From positions 32,001 through 96,000 of IMG/VR virus record IMGVR_UViG_3300042317_000390: a stretch of 64,000 nucleotides of DNA; one strand, given 5' to 3'. The notes under the pieces were generated by a model that searched no databases, was not told the DNA's origin, and saw only the letters and a program-made list of their open reading frames with translations. This DNA is from a virus. Made by a program: the position numbers and the translations under genes. Shown piece after piece: positions 49,262 through 60,600 of this stretch; position 1 is the stretch's first letter, and each line of letters starts with the position of its first letter.

Positions 49262-50103
49262 TGGCTGGAAAGAAACATAATAAGAAATTACCAAAGGATG
49301 CGGTAAGCGAACAGGACATAGAACCAAAATACGGTTATGTACACGGAGAGTGGGATGCTCTTGGTGGTCATCATATGACTTATGCTAATCCAGATGAACC
49401 TAAAAAGTTCTTCACTGAAAGATTAAAAGCCAGCGGTAGTTATGAGACCACACAACAAGACGATAACGATAAAGAGATTCATACTTCTATGTTTCCAGGT
49501 CAACATAGGGGTTATTATGCTGGAGGAAAGTCTACTCATACAGATGCTCACTTAGATATTAATGCTGAGAAGACTGGTAGATTAGAAGTCGGCGCTGACT
49601 TTGGACACGCTATTAAAAAGAATTATATCAGAGGCACAGGTGGTAAAGAAGTTAAGATTAAGGGCAATGAAGCTCATGTGACATCTCAAGCTTCTGGTGG
49701 TGTTTCCAGTGAAGGTTATAGCCAGACCAAGAGACAGAAGTTTGGCGGTGATCTATTCCAGCACGTAGAACAGAATCACGTTATTATGGGAGAAGGCGTA
49801 CAAGCATCCGTATTTAAAAAAGACGTATCGATGTACGCTGGACAGAACTATGATGTTTATGTAAAAGAAAAAGGAAAAATAGAAACCACCAGTACGTTCT
49901 TGTTACAGACTGGTAACGATGCATCGGTTAATTCTGCTGCTAAGGTTTTGATTACGGCATCAGATGTAGCGAATGTTAAGGCACAAGAAATAAACTTAAA
50001 GGCTGATAGTAAGATCACTCTAACAGTTGGTGGATCTAGTATTACGATTGAAAGTGGAACGATCACAATTAAGGGTTCACAAATTAAGTTCGAACAAGGA
50101 TAA
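49261..50103 (+). CDS. gp5 C-terminal beta-helix spike
   Basis: KYGYVH..GH..SGSYE and C-terminal ITLTVGGSSITI..ITIKG (gp5/VgrG-like). Confidence 0.8.
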   Translation: MAGKKHNKKLPKDAVSEQDIEPKYGYVHGEWDALGGHHMTYANPDEPKKFFTERLKASGSYETTQQDDNDKEIHTSMFPGQHRGYYAGGKSTHTDAHLDINAEKTGRLEVGADFGHAIKKNYIRGTGGKEVKIKGNEAHVTSQASGGVSSEGYSQTKRQKFGGDLFQHVEQNHVIMGEGVQASVFKKDVSMYAGQNYDVYVKEKGKIETTSTFLLQTGNDASVNSAAKVLITASDVANVKAQEINLKADSKITLTVGGSSITIESGTITIKGSQIKFEQG

Positions 50104-50107
50104 GTGA

Positions 50108-50389
50108 ATGCAAGCACATAGACACGGCGATCAAAGATCTTGTGGCGCTACAACGATTGCCACTCAAAGTTTTGTTACCATTGATGGAAAAGCTTGGGCA
50201 GTAGAAGGCGATCAGAATACGCACGGTGCTGGTGGATTAATCGCAAGTAAAACCTATCTTAAGATTGGTGGTAAGAGTGTGATTGTAGTAACAGATAACG
50301 CCAACCAAGATAATTTATGTCCGTCGCTTGGGGGAGAACACTGTAACCCCAAAGCATCTTCAGGCAGTAGTTTAGTAGACGTAGGATAA
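50108..50389 (+). CDS. PAAR-like spike tip (gp5.4)
   Basis: HRHGD.R.CG..H..G..HC.P..GS..V.VG. Confidence 0.8.
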   Translation: MQAHRHGDQRSCGATTIATQSFVTIDGKAWAVEGDQNTHGAGGLIASKTYLKIGGKSVIVVTDNANQDNLCPSLGGEHCNPKASSGSSLVDVG

Positions 50390-50390
50390 A

Positions 50391-50819
50391 ATGGCAATTA
50401 CAAGAGCAGACGCCCTAACAGGCACAAATAAACAGAAAGATTTCTTTTCTGATTTCACATCTAGCTTTGCTAAAACTCCTTTTGGTAATCAGTTAGCAAG
50501 GGTTACAAATGAGCAGTCAGTAAATCAATCTCTCAGAAATCTTATTAAAACTAATCTTGGTGAAAGACTATTTCAGCCATTGATTGGGTCTGATGTCTAT
50601 AATGCTTTGTTTGAACATAATACAGCAGAAAACGCTCATGAGATTGAATTATTGATCGAAAACACTATAAAAAACAATGAACCAAGAGCAAATCTAATAA
50701 AAACGACTGTAAGTATTGATCCTTCTGATGAAAATGCACTTGATATTACAATTCTTTATACTTTAATAAATAACCCAGAACCAATTACTCTTACCGTCCT
50801 ATTAAAAAGAGTCCGATAA
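50391..50819 (+). CDS. 25: Baseplate wedge gp25
   Basis: V.QSLRNLI.T..GER.FQP.IGS..LFE..EPRA. Confidence 0.92.
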   Translation: MAITRADALTGTNKQKDFFSDFTSSFAKTPFGNQLARVTNEQSVNQSLRNLIKTNLGERLFQPLIGSDVYNALFEHNTAENAHEIELLIENTIKNNEPRANLIKTTVSIDPSDENALDITILYTLINNPEPITLTVLLKRVR

Positions 50820-52642
50820 TGGCAAACAGCTCATTAGTTTTAAGTTCCCTTGATTTTGACACTCTCAAAGGCAACTTCAAAGAATACTTAAAATCACAAT
50901 CAGTTTTCAAAGACTACAATTTCGATGGGTCTAATATCAGCGTCCTGTTAGATGTCATGGCGTATAACTCATATTTGAATTCTTTCTATTTGAATATGGT
51001 TGCGTCAGAAATGTTTTTGGATTCAGCCCAAAAATACAATTCTGTCATTTCACACGCTAAAGAGTTAAACTATACCCCAAGAAGCTCTCATGCGTCTGTT
51101 GCTAATGTCTCTTTTACGGTATCAACTACAGGTATTGGCGCTAACAAGATTACAATTCCAAAGGGAACAAAATTCTCCGGTGTTAATTCTAATGGAACAT
51201 ATAATTTCGTAACCGATCAAACTACAACGTATGTGTCTAGTAATAATTATTACGTTATTGATAACCTTCAAATCAATCAAGGTATATATTTTCAAGATTC
51301 GTTTATAGTTGATTATAACATTGAAGATCAAAGATTCATTTTAACGAACGATGGCATTGATACATCATCTATTACTGTAACTATTTCTGATAGTTCAGGT
51401 GCAAATTCTGTTTCTTATTCTAAGGCTGACAGTTTATTCGGTCTTACAAGCACATCAACCGTTTTCTTTCTACAAGCCGTAGATGGTGGTAGATATCAAA
51501 TTGTTTTCGGTGACGGATTGTTTGGTAGAAAACCAGATAATCTTTCTTCTATAACTGTTAGTTATATTGTCACAGAGGGAACTGATGGTAACGGGGTAGA
51601 TAATTTCAGCATAACTGATAACTTAGGCGTCATCAACGGCGGTAGTGCTACTGTATCTGACATTAATGTTATAACAGCTTCAACCATCGGTGCTAATCAG
51701 GAATCTATTGAATCTATTAGATTCGCTGCTCCTAGAAAATATGCATCACAACAAAGAGCCGTTACTTCGGACGACTATGCATCTCTTGTTGTTAGTGAGT
51801 TCGGTGGACAGATCGATGACGTTATCATCTATGGTGGTCAAGAATTGGAGCCAAAGGAATATGGTAGAGTTGTTGTTTGTATTAAACCTTCATCTTCCAC
51901 TATCGCTCCTGATTATCTAAAAAATCAGATTAAGACGTATTTGAACGATTATATTGTATTACCAAACAGAGTTAAGATTTCAGATCCAGAATATTTCTAT
52001 ATCAAAGTTGATACGGTGGTTCAATATAATTCAAAATTAACTACAAAATATGCCAATGAAATACAAAGCAGTGTTTTGGATGAAATTCTAGCATTCAGTA
52101 AAGCTCATATTGAAAAATTCGGCAATGATTTTAGATATAGTAAGTTTGTAACTCATATTGATGAGACTGACACTAGTATCACCAGTAATGATACAAATAT
52201 CAAGATCGTTAAGAAAATTTCACCAAAATTAAACTTTCAAACATCTTACGATATTCGCTTTAATAATAAACCAGAACAAGAAGGCGTATATAATGGCATA
52301 GCGTATCCAGACGAAAGAGTGTTCACAAGTACAGCGTTTGATTATGTGGATTCATCTGATGTTATTTGGTCTAACTGCTATTTGGAAGACGATGCTATCG
52401 GCAATATCATTTTATATACGTATATAAATGGCGTTAAATACGTAGTAAACTCTGCAATAGGCACAATTGATTATGTAACAGGTCGTGTTATTATAACCAA
52501 CTTGAAAACATCGTCGTATATTAATTCGATAGCGTTGGAATTATCAACACAAAATAAAGATATTATTTCAACTAAGAATATGATCCTATTAATTGAGGCT
52601 GAAGATGTATCCATAGAAGTTATAGAGACGGTAGTAAATTAA
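50819..52642 (+). CDS. 6: Baseplate wedge gp6
   Basis: LDFD.LK..F.DY.FDGS..LLDV.AYN..E.FLDSA..FGDG..Q.RAVT.DDY. Confidence 0.93.
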   Translation: MANSSLVLSSLDFDTLKGNFKEYLKSQSVFKDYNFDGSNISVLLDVMAYNSYLNSFYLNMVASEMFLDSAQKYNSVISHAKELNYTPRSSHASVANVSFTVSTTGIGANKITIPKGTKFSGVNSNGTYNFVTDQTTTYVSSNNYYVIDNLQINQGIYFQDSFIVDYNIEDQRFILTNDGIDTSSITVTISDSSGANSVSYSKADSLFGLTSTSTVFFLQAVDGGRYQIVFGDGLFGRKPDNLSSITVSYIVTEGTDGNGVDNFSITDNLGVINGGSATVSDINVITASTIGANQESIESIRFAAPRKYASQQRAVTSDDYASLVVSEFGGQIDDVIIYGGQELEPKEYGRVVVCIKPSSSTIAPDYLKNQIKTYLNDYIVLPNRVKISDPEYFYIKVDTVVQYNSKLTTKYANEIQSSVLDEILAFSKAHIEKFGNDFRYSKFVTHIDETDTSITSNDTNIKIVKKISPKLNFQTSYDIRFNNKPEQEGVYNGIAYPDERVFTSTAFDYVDSSDVIWSNCYLEDDAIGNIILYTYINGVKYVVNSAIGTIDYVTGRVIITNLKTSSYINSIALELSTQNKDIISTKNMILLIEAEDVSIEVIETVVN

Positions 52643-52643
52643 G

Positions 52644-55553
52644 ATGGATTCTTATACAGAAAAGTTCATTTCTAATTTTATTGAAAGTCAGTTTCCTCAG
52701 TTCTACCAAGAGGAAGGTGAAACATTTATTCTATTCGTTAAAGCATATTACGAATGGATGGAATCCAGTGGTGATATTTCAGGAGACGCTCATGGCGGAC
52801 CAATTAGAGAATCACGTGAATTATTAGAATATAGAGATATTGATACTACAGTCGAAAAGTTTCTTGAATATTTTCAGAAGAAATATCTATATGGTATCCC
52901 ATTCAATGTTATCGTAAATAAAAGATTTCTATTAAAACACATTATCGACGTTTATAGTTCAAAGGGAACTATTCAGTGTTATAAACTTCTATTCAAGATG
53001 ATTTATAACGAAGACGTTGAAGTTTATCTCCCAGGCAGAGATGTTCTTAGAGTATCTGATGGTATTTGGATTGAACCAAGGTATTTGGAAGTATCTTTAA
53101 CTACCAATCTCTTGGATCTTATTGGTAAAAATATTATAGGTAGTGCATCTAAGACGACAGCTCTAGTTGAGTATATTAATACCGAATACGTCAATAACGA
53201 TGCTATTCAAAAAGTCTATATTTCTAATATATCACCAAAAGGCGGTGAGTTCGTAGTTGGTGAAAGAATCATAGATCAGCGTTACATATCTAATACAGAG
53301 ATTGCATCAGCTTCTCCGCTTATTCTTGGTTCTTTGGATAGTCTAGATGTTTTCAACAGTGGCGTTGACTTCCAAGTTGGTGATATTCTTAAGGTAGCAA
53401 GAAGAGATCCAGGCACTGGCGAACAGATGGCGTTCGGCGTTGATGCTTATGTTATGGTTAAATCTCTTTTTCGTGGTTATGGATCTCTAAACTTCACAAT
53501 TCTAAACGGTGGCTTTGGTTTTATGGCCAATGCTTCAGTGTTTATTTACAAGAACGTATTAGATACTACCGGTAGAGGCGCAGACTTTAACATTAAGCTT
53601 GCTGATACTCAAAATCTAGTATATAATACAGATCCTCTAGTTGGTTATTTGGATCTAACTCTAGATGCTACTGCATATGGATTTCCAAGTAACACTTCTG
53701 CTAATTTATCATCAACATTATCTGACGCTCTTGCGTTTTCGAATGGTCTTTTTGGAAGAATTGCAACTCTAACCAACGTTCAAGCTGGTAATGGATATAT
53801 TGCTCCCGCCAACGTTTTCGTTAGATCAACAATAACGTCTATCAACATACCAGGAAGAGTTACCTATTTTAGAGCAGATGATATTTTAAGTGCGTTTACA
53901 TCTACAATATATGCTAACACTACATCGGTTAACAACACAAGTCATGCTTTATTAATAGCAAACGCAAATACAAATTACGATGTAAACGATTTAGTATTAT
54001 ATCGTGTTCCAACTGGTAATGTTGCTATAACGAATCTTAACCCAAATACATTTTATTACGTTAAGACGACAAATACAACATCTGTGACTTTGAGTAAGAC
54101 GTTAGGTGGTAACGTTATTCAAATTTCAGCTAATACCAATGCTAGTGCCGAAACTCATTATCTACTAAACGATATTGTATATCCAACCACACCATCAGTT
54201 AATGGTTATTCGGTTAATGTTTATGCTAATACAACCAGCGTTAACAACGCAACATATGATATTAAGAGCGCCAGCGCTAATACATATCTAAAGGCAGACG
54301 ATTGGATTTATTACGAAGTCCCATCAGGAAATACTCCAATTGTTGGTCTAACTGGTAATAACATCTATTACATTTATGCCTCTAATAGTTCAGCATTTAG
54401 TCTTACTACAGAACCAGGTGGATCTCAGATTTTAATTACTGAGCCAATAACAACAGCCGGTGAGACGCATACATTCAAGACCACAAGATTTAAGAAGTAT
54501 TTCGCTAATGATGATATTGTTTACCTAACAGCCAATAACTCCAATACAGATACAACTGAATTAGCAGTCATTAGACAAGTTGTTGATGATACTAAGATCG
54601 TTTTATATGGCTATCCTAATAACACGTGCACTGATAGTTCTGTATATGGCGTTGCTCCCGTTATCATGCCAGCACAGTTCGCTATTACTGAAACTGTTAT
54701 GAAGCGTCTAGATAAGACGATTAATGGTATTAACGATAGAATTTTAGCTCTGAACTCAAGCGGTAACAATATTGTCGAGACAGTTAGGGCTATTAATTCT
54801 GGTAAAGCTTACGTTGAAGGCGAGACGGTTCACGCATATAGATATGGTATTCTAAACGTCCCAACTATTGCTAATTCTGGTATTGGTTATGCTAATGGTG
54901 ATACTCTTATTTTCTCTGGTGGTCTTACATCATCACCAGCAAGAGGATCAATTCTAACTAATTCATTGGGCCACATAACTTCAATCAATACAACTGCTGG
55001 CGCTTGGTATGCAGGTTCTGGATATAACTCAGTTCCTTCTGTTACAGTTAGATCTACAAACAGTTTAGCTTATGGCGCAGTTCTTTCAACAAGTATCATC
55101 GAATACGACACTGCTAGTGAGATTAGAGGTATTGTTAGAAAAACGGGTATCGGTAGAGGGTTTGGTTATTGGGGTGTAAATGACAGTGAGTTAAACTCAG
55201 ATAAGCGCATTCAGGATAGTTACTACTATCAAGATTATTCATATGAACTAAAGTCTTCTCTTGCATTAGATAAATATAAAGATATTTTATACACCACATT
55301 CCACCCATCTGGGGCTGAAATGTTTGGTAAATTTGAGCTACAGCCTTCTGTCTTACAAAGTCCAATTACTCTGGTTGAAAGTGGGCCAGCATCTTTCTAC
55401 AATTATACGACCTCGGATAGTACATATGTTACTGTTGATAGTGTAAATATATTAGTAAGTGATTATATTTACGCAAATACATGGTTGACCGTTGATTCAA
55501 CGACTATAAATACAAGTAATGCAACATTAACAGTAGATAGAATAGGCTCTTAA
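52644..55553 (+). CDS. 7: Baseplate wedge gp7-like protein
   Basis: FVKAYYEWME..Y.SKGT..LF..IQDSYYYQDYSY..HPSG..FG. Confidence 0.85.
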   Translation: MDSYTEKFISNFIESQFPQFYQEEGETFILFVKAYYEWMESSGDISGDAHGGPIRESRELLEYRDIDTTVEKFLEYFQKKYLYGIPFNVIVNKRFLLKHIIDVYSSKGTIQCYKLLFKMIYNEDVEVYLPGRDVLRVSDGIWIEPRYLEVSLTTNLLDLIGKNIIGSASKTTALVEYINTEYVNNDAIQKVYISNISPKGGEFVVGERIIDQRYISNTEIASASPLILGSLDSLDVFNSGVDFQVGDILKVARRDPGTGEQMAFGVDAYVMVKSLFRGYGSLNFTILNGGFGFMANASVFIYKNVLDTTGRGADFNIKLADTQNLVYNTDPLVGYLDLTLDATAYGFPSNTSANLSSTLSDALAFSNGLFGRIATLTNVQAGNGYIAPANVFVRSTITSINIPGRVTYFRADDILSAFTSTIYANTTSVNNTSHALLIANANTNYDVNDLVLYRVPTGNVAITNLNPNTFYYVKTTNTTSVTLSKTLGGNVIQISANTNASAETHYLLNDIVYPTTPSVNGYSVNVYANTTSVNNATYDIKSASANTYLKADDWIYYEVPSGNTPIVGLTGNNIYYIYASNSSAFSLTTEPGGSQILITEPITTAGETHTFKTTRFKKYFANDDIVYLTANNSNTDTTELAVIRQVVDDTKIVLYGYPNNTCTDSSVYGVAPVIMPAQFAITETVMKRLDKTINGINDRILALNSSGNNIVETVRAINSGKAYVEGETVHAYRYGILNVPTIANSGIGYANGDTLIFSGGLTSSPARGSILTNSLGHITSINTTAGAWYAGSGYNSVPSVTVRSTNSLAYGAVLSTSIIEYDTASEIRGIVRKTGIGRGFGYWGVNDSELNSDKRIQDSYYYQDYSYELKSSLALDKYKDILYTTFHPSGAEMFGKFELQPSVLQSPITLVESGPASFYNYTTSDSTYVTVDSVNILVSDYIYANTWLTVDSTTINTSNATLTVDRIGS

Positions 55554-55575
55554 CCGTTAAAATAGGGGATATAAG

Positions 55576-56055
55576 GTGGCTACTCAACAAATCACAATTA
55601 ACGTAGGAACTCCAAATGGTGGCGATGGCGATCCATTAAGAGACGCCATGGTTTCTGTAAATCAGAACTTTTCAAATCTATTCAGCACAGCTATCGTTAA
55701 TACAAACATCACAGTTGGTAACACGTCTGTAAATACTGTTATCAACTCTTCTTCGGTTTCAATTCAGTCCAATAATGGTTTGATTGTTGGCACTAGCACA
55801 AACGGCGCTAATGGCTATACATATCTACCAAATGGGTTTAAGATGAATTGGGGATGGATTTCAGCTAACAGCACTGATGGTAATGCTACGTTCACATCAG
55901 CTTTTACCACCAATGCTTATGTTGTAACGGCTACAAGTAACTCAACAGTAGACACATATCAGGCAGCTGTTGTAGGCACTAACAATACGGTAGCTCGGAT
56001 TAGAACAGCTAATGTTACATCTACAAATGTTTATTGGACAGCCATAGGGTATTAA
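55576..56055 (+). CDS. Small baseplate/fibre protein (gp9/10-like N-terminus)
   Basis: INVGT.N.GDGDPLR.A...VN.NF plus GYTYLPNG...WG..YW.AIGY; late promoter at 55505. Confidence 0.7.
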   Translation: MATQQITINVGTPNGGDGDPLRDAMVSVNQNFSNLFSTAIVNTNITVGNTSVNTVINSSSVSIQSNNGLIVGTSTNGANGYTYLPNGFKMNWGWISANSTDGNATFTSAFTTNAYVVTATSNSTVDTYQAAVVGTNNTVARIRTANVTSTNVYWTAIGY

Positions 56056-56060
56056 GAATA

Positions 56061-57590
56061 ATGGGTTTACTGTTACCATCTTATAAAAAAGCAATAATCG
56101 ATGAGTTGTTAGATAACGTATCTTCAAATACGTCATACTATTATGCTTTTGCAGCAAACCCAACACCTCATAACGGTATTATTCCAACTATCTCAAACGA
56201 TGATCAATTAGCCCTTTTTACTAACGATTGGGAAATGATTTTCGGTAAGAGATTATATCCTTCTAATTTTGCACCACTGATTAAAAACAATCAGTGGACT
56301 ATTAATTCTATATATGATAGATATGATAATACTGATAAAAATCTACTAGCAAATAATAATTATTATGTGATCTCTCCTCCAGAATATACCGGTGGTAGTT
56401 ATAACATTTATAAGTGCCTAGATAACGCTAATGGTGCTCCATCTACTATTAGACCAACAACGATTCAATCTTCAACTTTCCAAACTTCGGATGGATATAA
56501 GTGGAGATATTTGACTTCTATCACATACAAGCAGTATGTTACTTTCTCCACTGTTGATTATTGCCCTGTTTACGCTAATGCAGTTACAACTCTATATTCT
56601 AACACATATGCTGGTGTAGAAGTTGTCATGATTTCTAATTCAGGATCTGGATATTCGGCTTATCATAATGGTATCGTTAGATCTGCTAACTCAACGGTCA
56701 TTCAGATTGAAAATTCTGCCAGCGATCAGAACGATCTTTATAAAGGCTCTGCGATTTACGTCTACAATACAATAACGACAACTTCTCAGATTTTCCAAAT
56801 TTCAAGTTATGTTTCTAACAGCGTTGGTAACTGGGTTTACCTTTCAACTGAAGCTAATACAACAAGTATACTTCCAAATGCTACCCAATATAAGATTTCA
56901 CCAAGAGTTGTTTTTGATACTGACGGGTATAGACAACCAGTTGCTTATAGCGTTGTAGATTCTACATCTAATACTATATCTGATATCGTTGTTCTTGATG
57001 TTGGTGAAGATATTTCTAGAGCTTCTATTTCGTTGGATACAAATTCAGGTTCTGGTGCTAATCTTTATGCGATTACTCCCCCACCCGGAGGTCATGGATA
57101 TGATATTCTATCCGAATTAAACGTCCAAGGTATCTCAATTCAATTTACATTCTCTAATAACGAAAACTCAACGATTCCAACAGAAGCCAAGTATAATAAA
57201 GTTGGTATAGTCAAGAATCCACGCATTTTACTTGCTAATACTGATAGAGGTGGTCAATATACTGCTAACACATATAATCAGTTATTAGAAGCTACAGTTT
57301 CTTCGCCTATTGTTTTCACTGTTGGTGATACTGTTACTGGAGAATCCAGTAATGCAGTCGGAAGAGTTGCCTTTTCTAATACCACAGTCCTGTATTTGAC
57401 AGGAGATAAATATTTCATCGATGGTGAAACCGTAACATCTAGCGATGGCACACAAAGCGTAGATATTACAATAACTAACTTAGGCGATGTATACGCAAAG
57501 AATTTAAGACCAATATATATTGAAAACTTGAATAATGTTACAAGGTCTAATACGACAGCAGAATCATTTAAGTTGATAATTCAAGTTTAA
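56061..57590 (+). CDS. 8: Baseplate wedge gp8-like protein
   Basis: IYKCLDN..ST..P..DGYKWRYL..PPGGHG.D..EL. Confidence 0.85.
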   Translation: MGLLLPSYKKAIIDELLDNVSSNTSYYYAFAANPTPHNGIIPTISNDDQLALFTNDWEMIFGKRLYPSNFAPLIKNNQWTINSIYDRYDNTDKNLLANNNYYVISPPEYTGGSYNIYKCLDNANGAPSTIRPTTIQSSTFQTSDGYKWRYLTSITYKQYVTFSTVDYCPVYANAVTTLYSNTYAGVEVVMISNSGSGYSAYHNGIVRSANSTVIQIENSASDQNDLYKGSAIYVYNTITTTSQIFQISSYVSNSVGNWVYLSTEANTTSILPNATQYKISPRVVFDTDGYRQPVAYSVVDSTSNTISDIVVLDVGEDISRASISLDTNSGSGANLYAITPPPGGHGYDILSELNVQGISIQFTFSNNENSTIPTEAKYNKVGIVKNPRILLANTDRGGQYTANTYNQLLEATVSSPIVFTVGDTVTGESSNAVGRVAFSNTTVLYLTGDKYFIDGETVTSSDGTQSVDITITNLGDVYAKNLRPIYIENLNNVTRSNTTAESFKLIIQV

Positions 57591-57605
57591 AAATAGGGAC
57601 AGGAA

Positions 57606-60600
57606 ATGCCTTTTAAAACAGACTTCAATGTGGCTCCATATTTTGATGATTATAACGAGTTAAAGAATTATCATCGAATTATGTTCAGACCCTCTGTTGC
57701 GGTTCAAGCCAGAGAGTTAACACAATCACAAACAATTTTACAAAACCAGATCGAAAGATTTGGTAATTGGGCTTTTAAAAGCGGTGATATTGTTGAAGGT
57801 TGTATTATTACTGATATTCCTGTTTTACCATACGTTAGATTAGCAGACTTCGCTTCAAATGGTTCCGCTAATAGTGTTGCTTTAAACGTTGTTGATTTAA
57901 TCAATACTGTAGCCACTAGCGTAACTAGCAATCTAAAAGCTCAGGTTCTATTCGCCAATGCTGGATTCTCTACAAGCTATCCAGATAATAATATTCTCTA
58001 TCTAAAATATTTAAATACAGGCACAGGTGGAGAAGCATTATATTCTAATAGTGACCTATTAACATTTGAGCAAGTAACTACCTCTGGTAATGTTGCGATT
58101 GCTAACGTTTATACTTTCGCTAATACCACACCAGGTCAGAACACCACTGGCAATTCTCATGGTATTTCGGTTTCTGATGGAATTATCTTCATCAATGGTG
58201 CTTTCGTAAGAGTATCAAACTCAACATTTGGTCTTGTTAATAATTTCGGAACATATGCTGGTAATAATGTTGTTGCTTTCGATCTAAACGAAACTATTGT
58301 TACAGAAAACCAAGATACTTCACTATTAGATAACGCTCTTGGATATACTAACGAAAATGCACCAGGCGCTCATCGTCTAAAATGCGTTCCAACACTAATT
58401 TCCATAGACCCATCAGAAATCACTGGTAATAATACAATTAACCCTATCGCCATTTACAATTTTGGCGCATTGGTTAAGAAAGATACTCAGAATAAACTTT
58501 ATTCTACAATCGGTGATATTGTTGCTACCAGAACTTACGAAGAATCTGGTAACTATGTTGTTAATCCATTCGCAGTTGATACTATCAGCCTTCCACCCAC
58601 TGGTGGAGCAATTAGCTTCAATTCAAATAACGTATTTGGTAGAATCAATCCCGGTTCTGGTTATGCTCAAGGTTATAGAGTCAACTTAGATGCTACCACA
58701 TATATTAATATGCGTCGTGGTATCGATACAAAGACGAACCTAACGCAGCAGATTACATTTAATTACGGTGGTTACTTCATATTAAACGAAGTTGCCGGTA
58801 GCTTTGATTTCACTAAAGCACAGACTGTAACTCTATATGATACACCACAACAGGCTGTAACTACCAGAACATATTGCAATGTATCACCAACTGGCAATGC
58901 TATCGGTACAGCATCCGTTAGATGTTTCAATTACGCTGGTGGTGTATTAGGTTTAGCAGATACTTCATATTCTTTACACGTCTTTAATATTAAACTCAAT
59001 ACCGGTTATAATATTAATCAGATTAAATCTGTTTATTATGGAACAGGCACAAAGGCAGTCGGTGACGTTGTTTCGAATGGCATCGTTGGTTCTGCTTCCA
59101 AAGAACAATTGTATAGCTTTGGTCTAGGTGGAATAAAGACCGTAGAATATACAAGCACAAACTATGTTTATAGAAAGTTAATCACTGGTCAGAGCATGAA
59201 TACCAGTGGTGTTATTTCTGTAACTTTACCAACGTCTGCCCAAGGTGGTATTGACGAGTTACCATATAGCGCTTCTTTAGTTCCTTTGACAGATCTACAA
59301 GCATCTAACTTTATGTTAATATGCGCAGCAGACGTTGATAGTTCTAATAACCCAGCCGGTGGTACTGCTAGTATTTCTTCTACATCAACCACGGTAACTG
59401 GTAGCTCTACAACGTTTACGACGAAATTCTTCCCTGGTGATAATATTAAAGTTGGCGCTAATTATAGAAAAGTTGTTAGCGTATCGAATAATACGGTCAT
59501 GACCGTTGACGCTGTATGGCCATCCAGTCTATCTGGTCAAACATATAAAAAGAGCTACATTAAGGGTCAAATTCTACCAATCACACAGTATGGTGATAAT
59601 GTTACCTCTACAATTTTAATCAATGATTCAACAACATTCACTATTAATTCTGGACAAATCCCAAGCACTACGTTATCGGTTGATGTTATATTAAACGTTC
59701 TTAGAACTCAGGTAAAGCCTGCAACTAAGGACATTTATAAAGATCGATTCGTTAAGATTAAAGTTGCTAATAGCGTAGGCGGTCCAAATGGTCCATGGTG
59801 CCTTGGTGTTGGTGACGTTCATAAGATTTCGAAGATTTACTCTTCAACTGATGGCTCTTTCAGCACGTCCAACATTGACGCAACTGCGGATTTCATTTTA
59901 GACACAGGACAGAAAGATACCCACTACGATTACGGATATATCTATTCAAGATATGGTTCTTTAGATCCAAATACTTGTTTATTAGTACAAATGGATTATT
60001 TCAACGCTAATACTCAGCAGGGTATTGGATTCTTTACAGTTGATTCTTATCCAGTTGATGATGCTAATACAGCAAATACTAATGCTATTCAGACTAAAGA
60101 TATTCCTCTCTATGTCGATGAGGCTGGAACTAAGAGATATTTAAGAGATTATATCGATTATAGAACTCCAGCTAATAACACGGCTAATAATACTGGAACG
60201 TGTAATACAGCTAATGTTACACAGCTTACCGCTGCTCTTTCTTATGCTACAGTTAATCCATCTGCTACTCTAACTTTCAAGTATGATTCAACTTATGGAT
60301 TAGACGTTCCATCTTATGGTGAGAACTTCGAAGCAAACTATACCTATTATCTACCAAGAAAAGATTTGATCTATATTACGGCTGATAATAAGGTTAAGGT
60401 TAAGGAAGGTCTATCTTCAGCTAATCCTCAGAAGCCACTATATCCTGAGAACGCTATGGCGGTTGCTGTTCTTAACGTTCCTCCATATCCATCCTTATCT
60501 TCTGATGAAACCGATGGAATGAGAGCATTAAACGCATCAGCTAAAAATCTAATTAGAGATACCAACACCGCAATTTCATCAACGATTGTAACAAATCGTC

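Noticed and set aside
56061-57590. Canonical N-X-S/T glycosylation sequon enrichment
   Set aside because: About 9 of roughly 50 Asn in gp8, close to the S+T background; the signal is [AS]N[TS] instead
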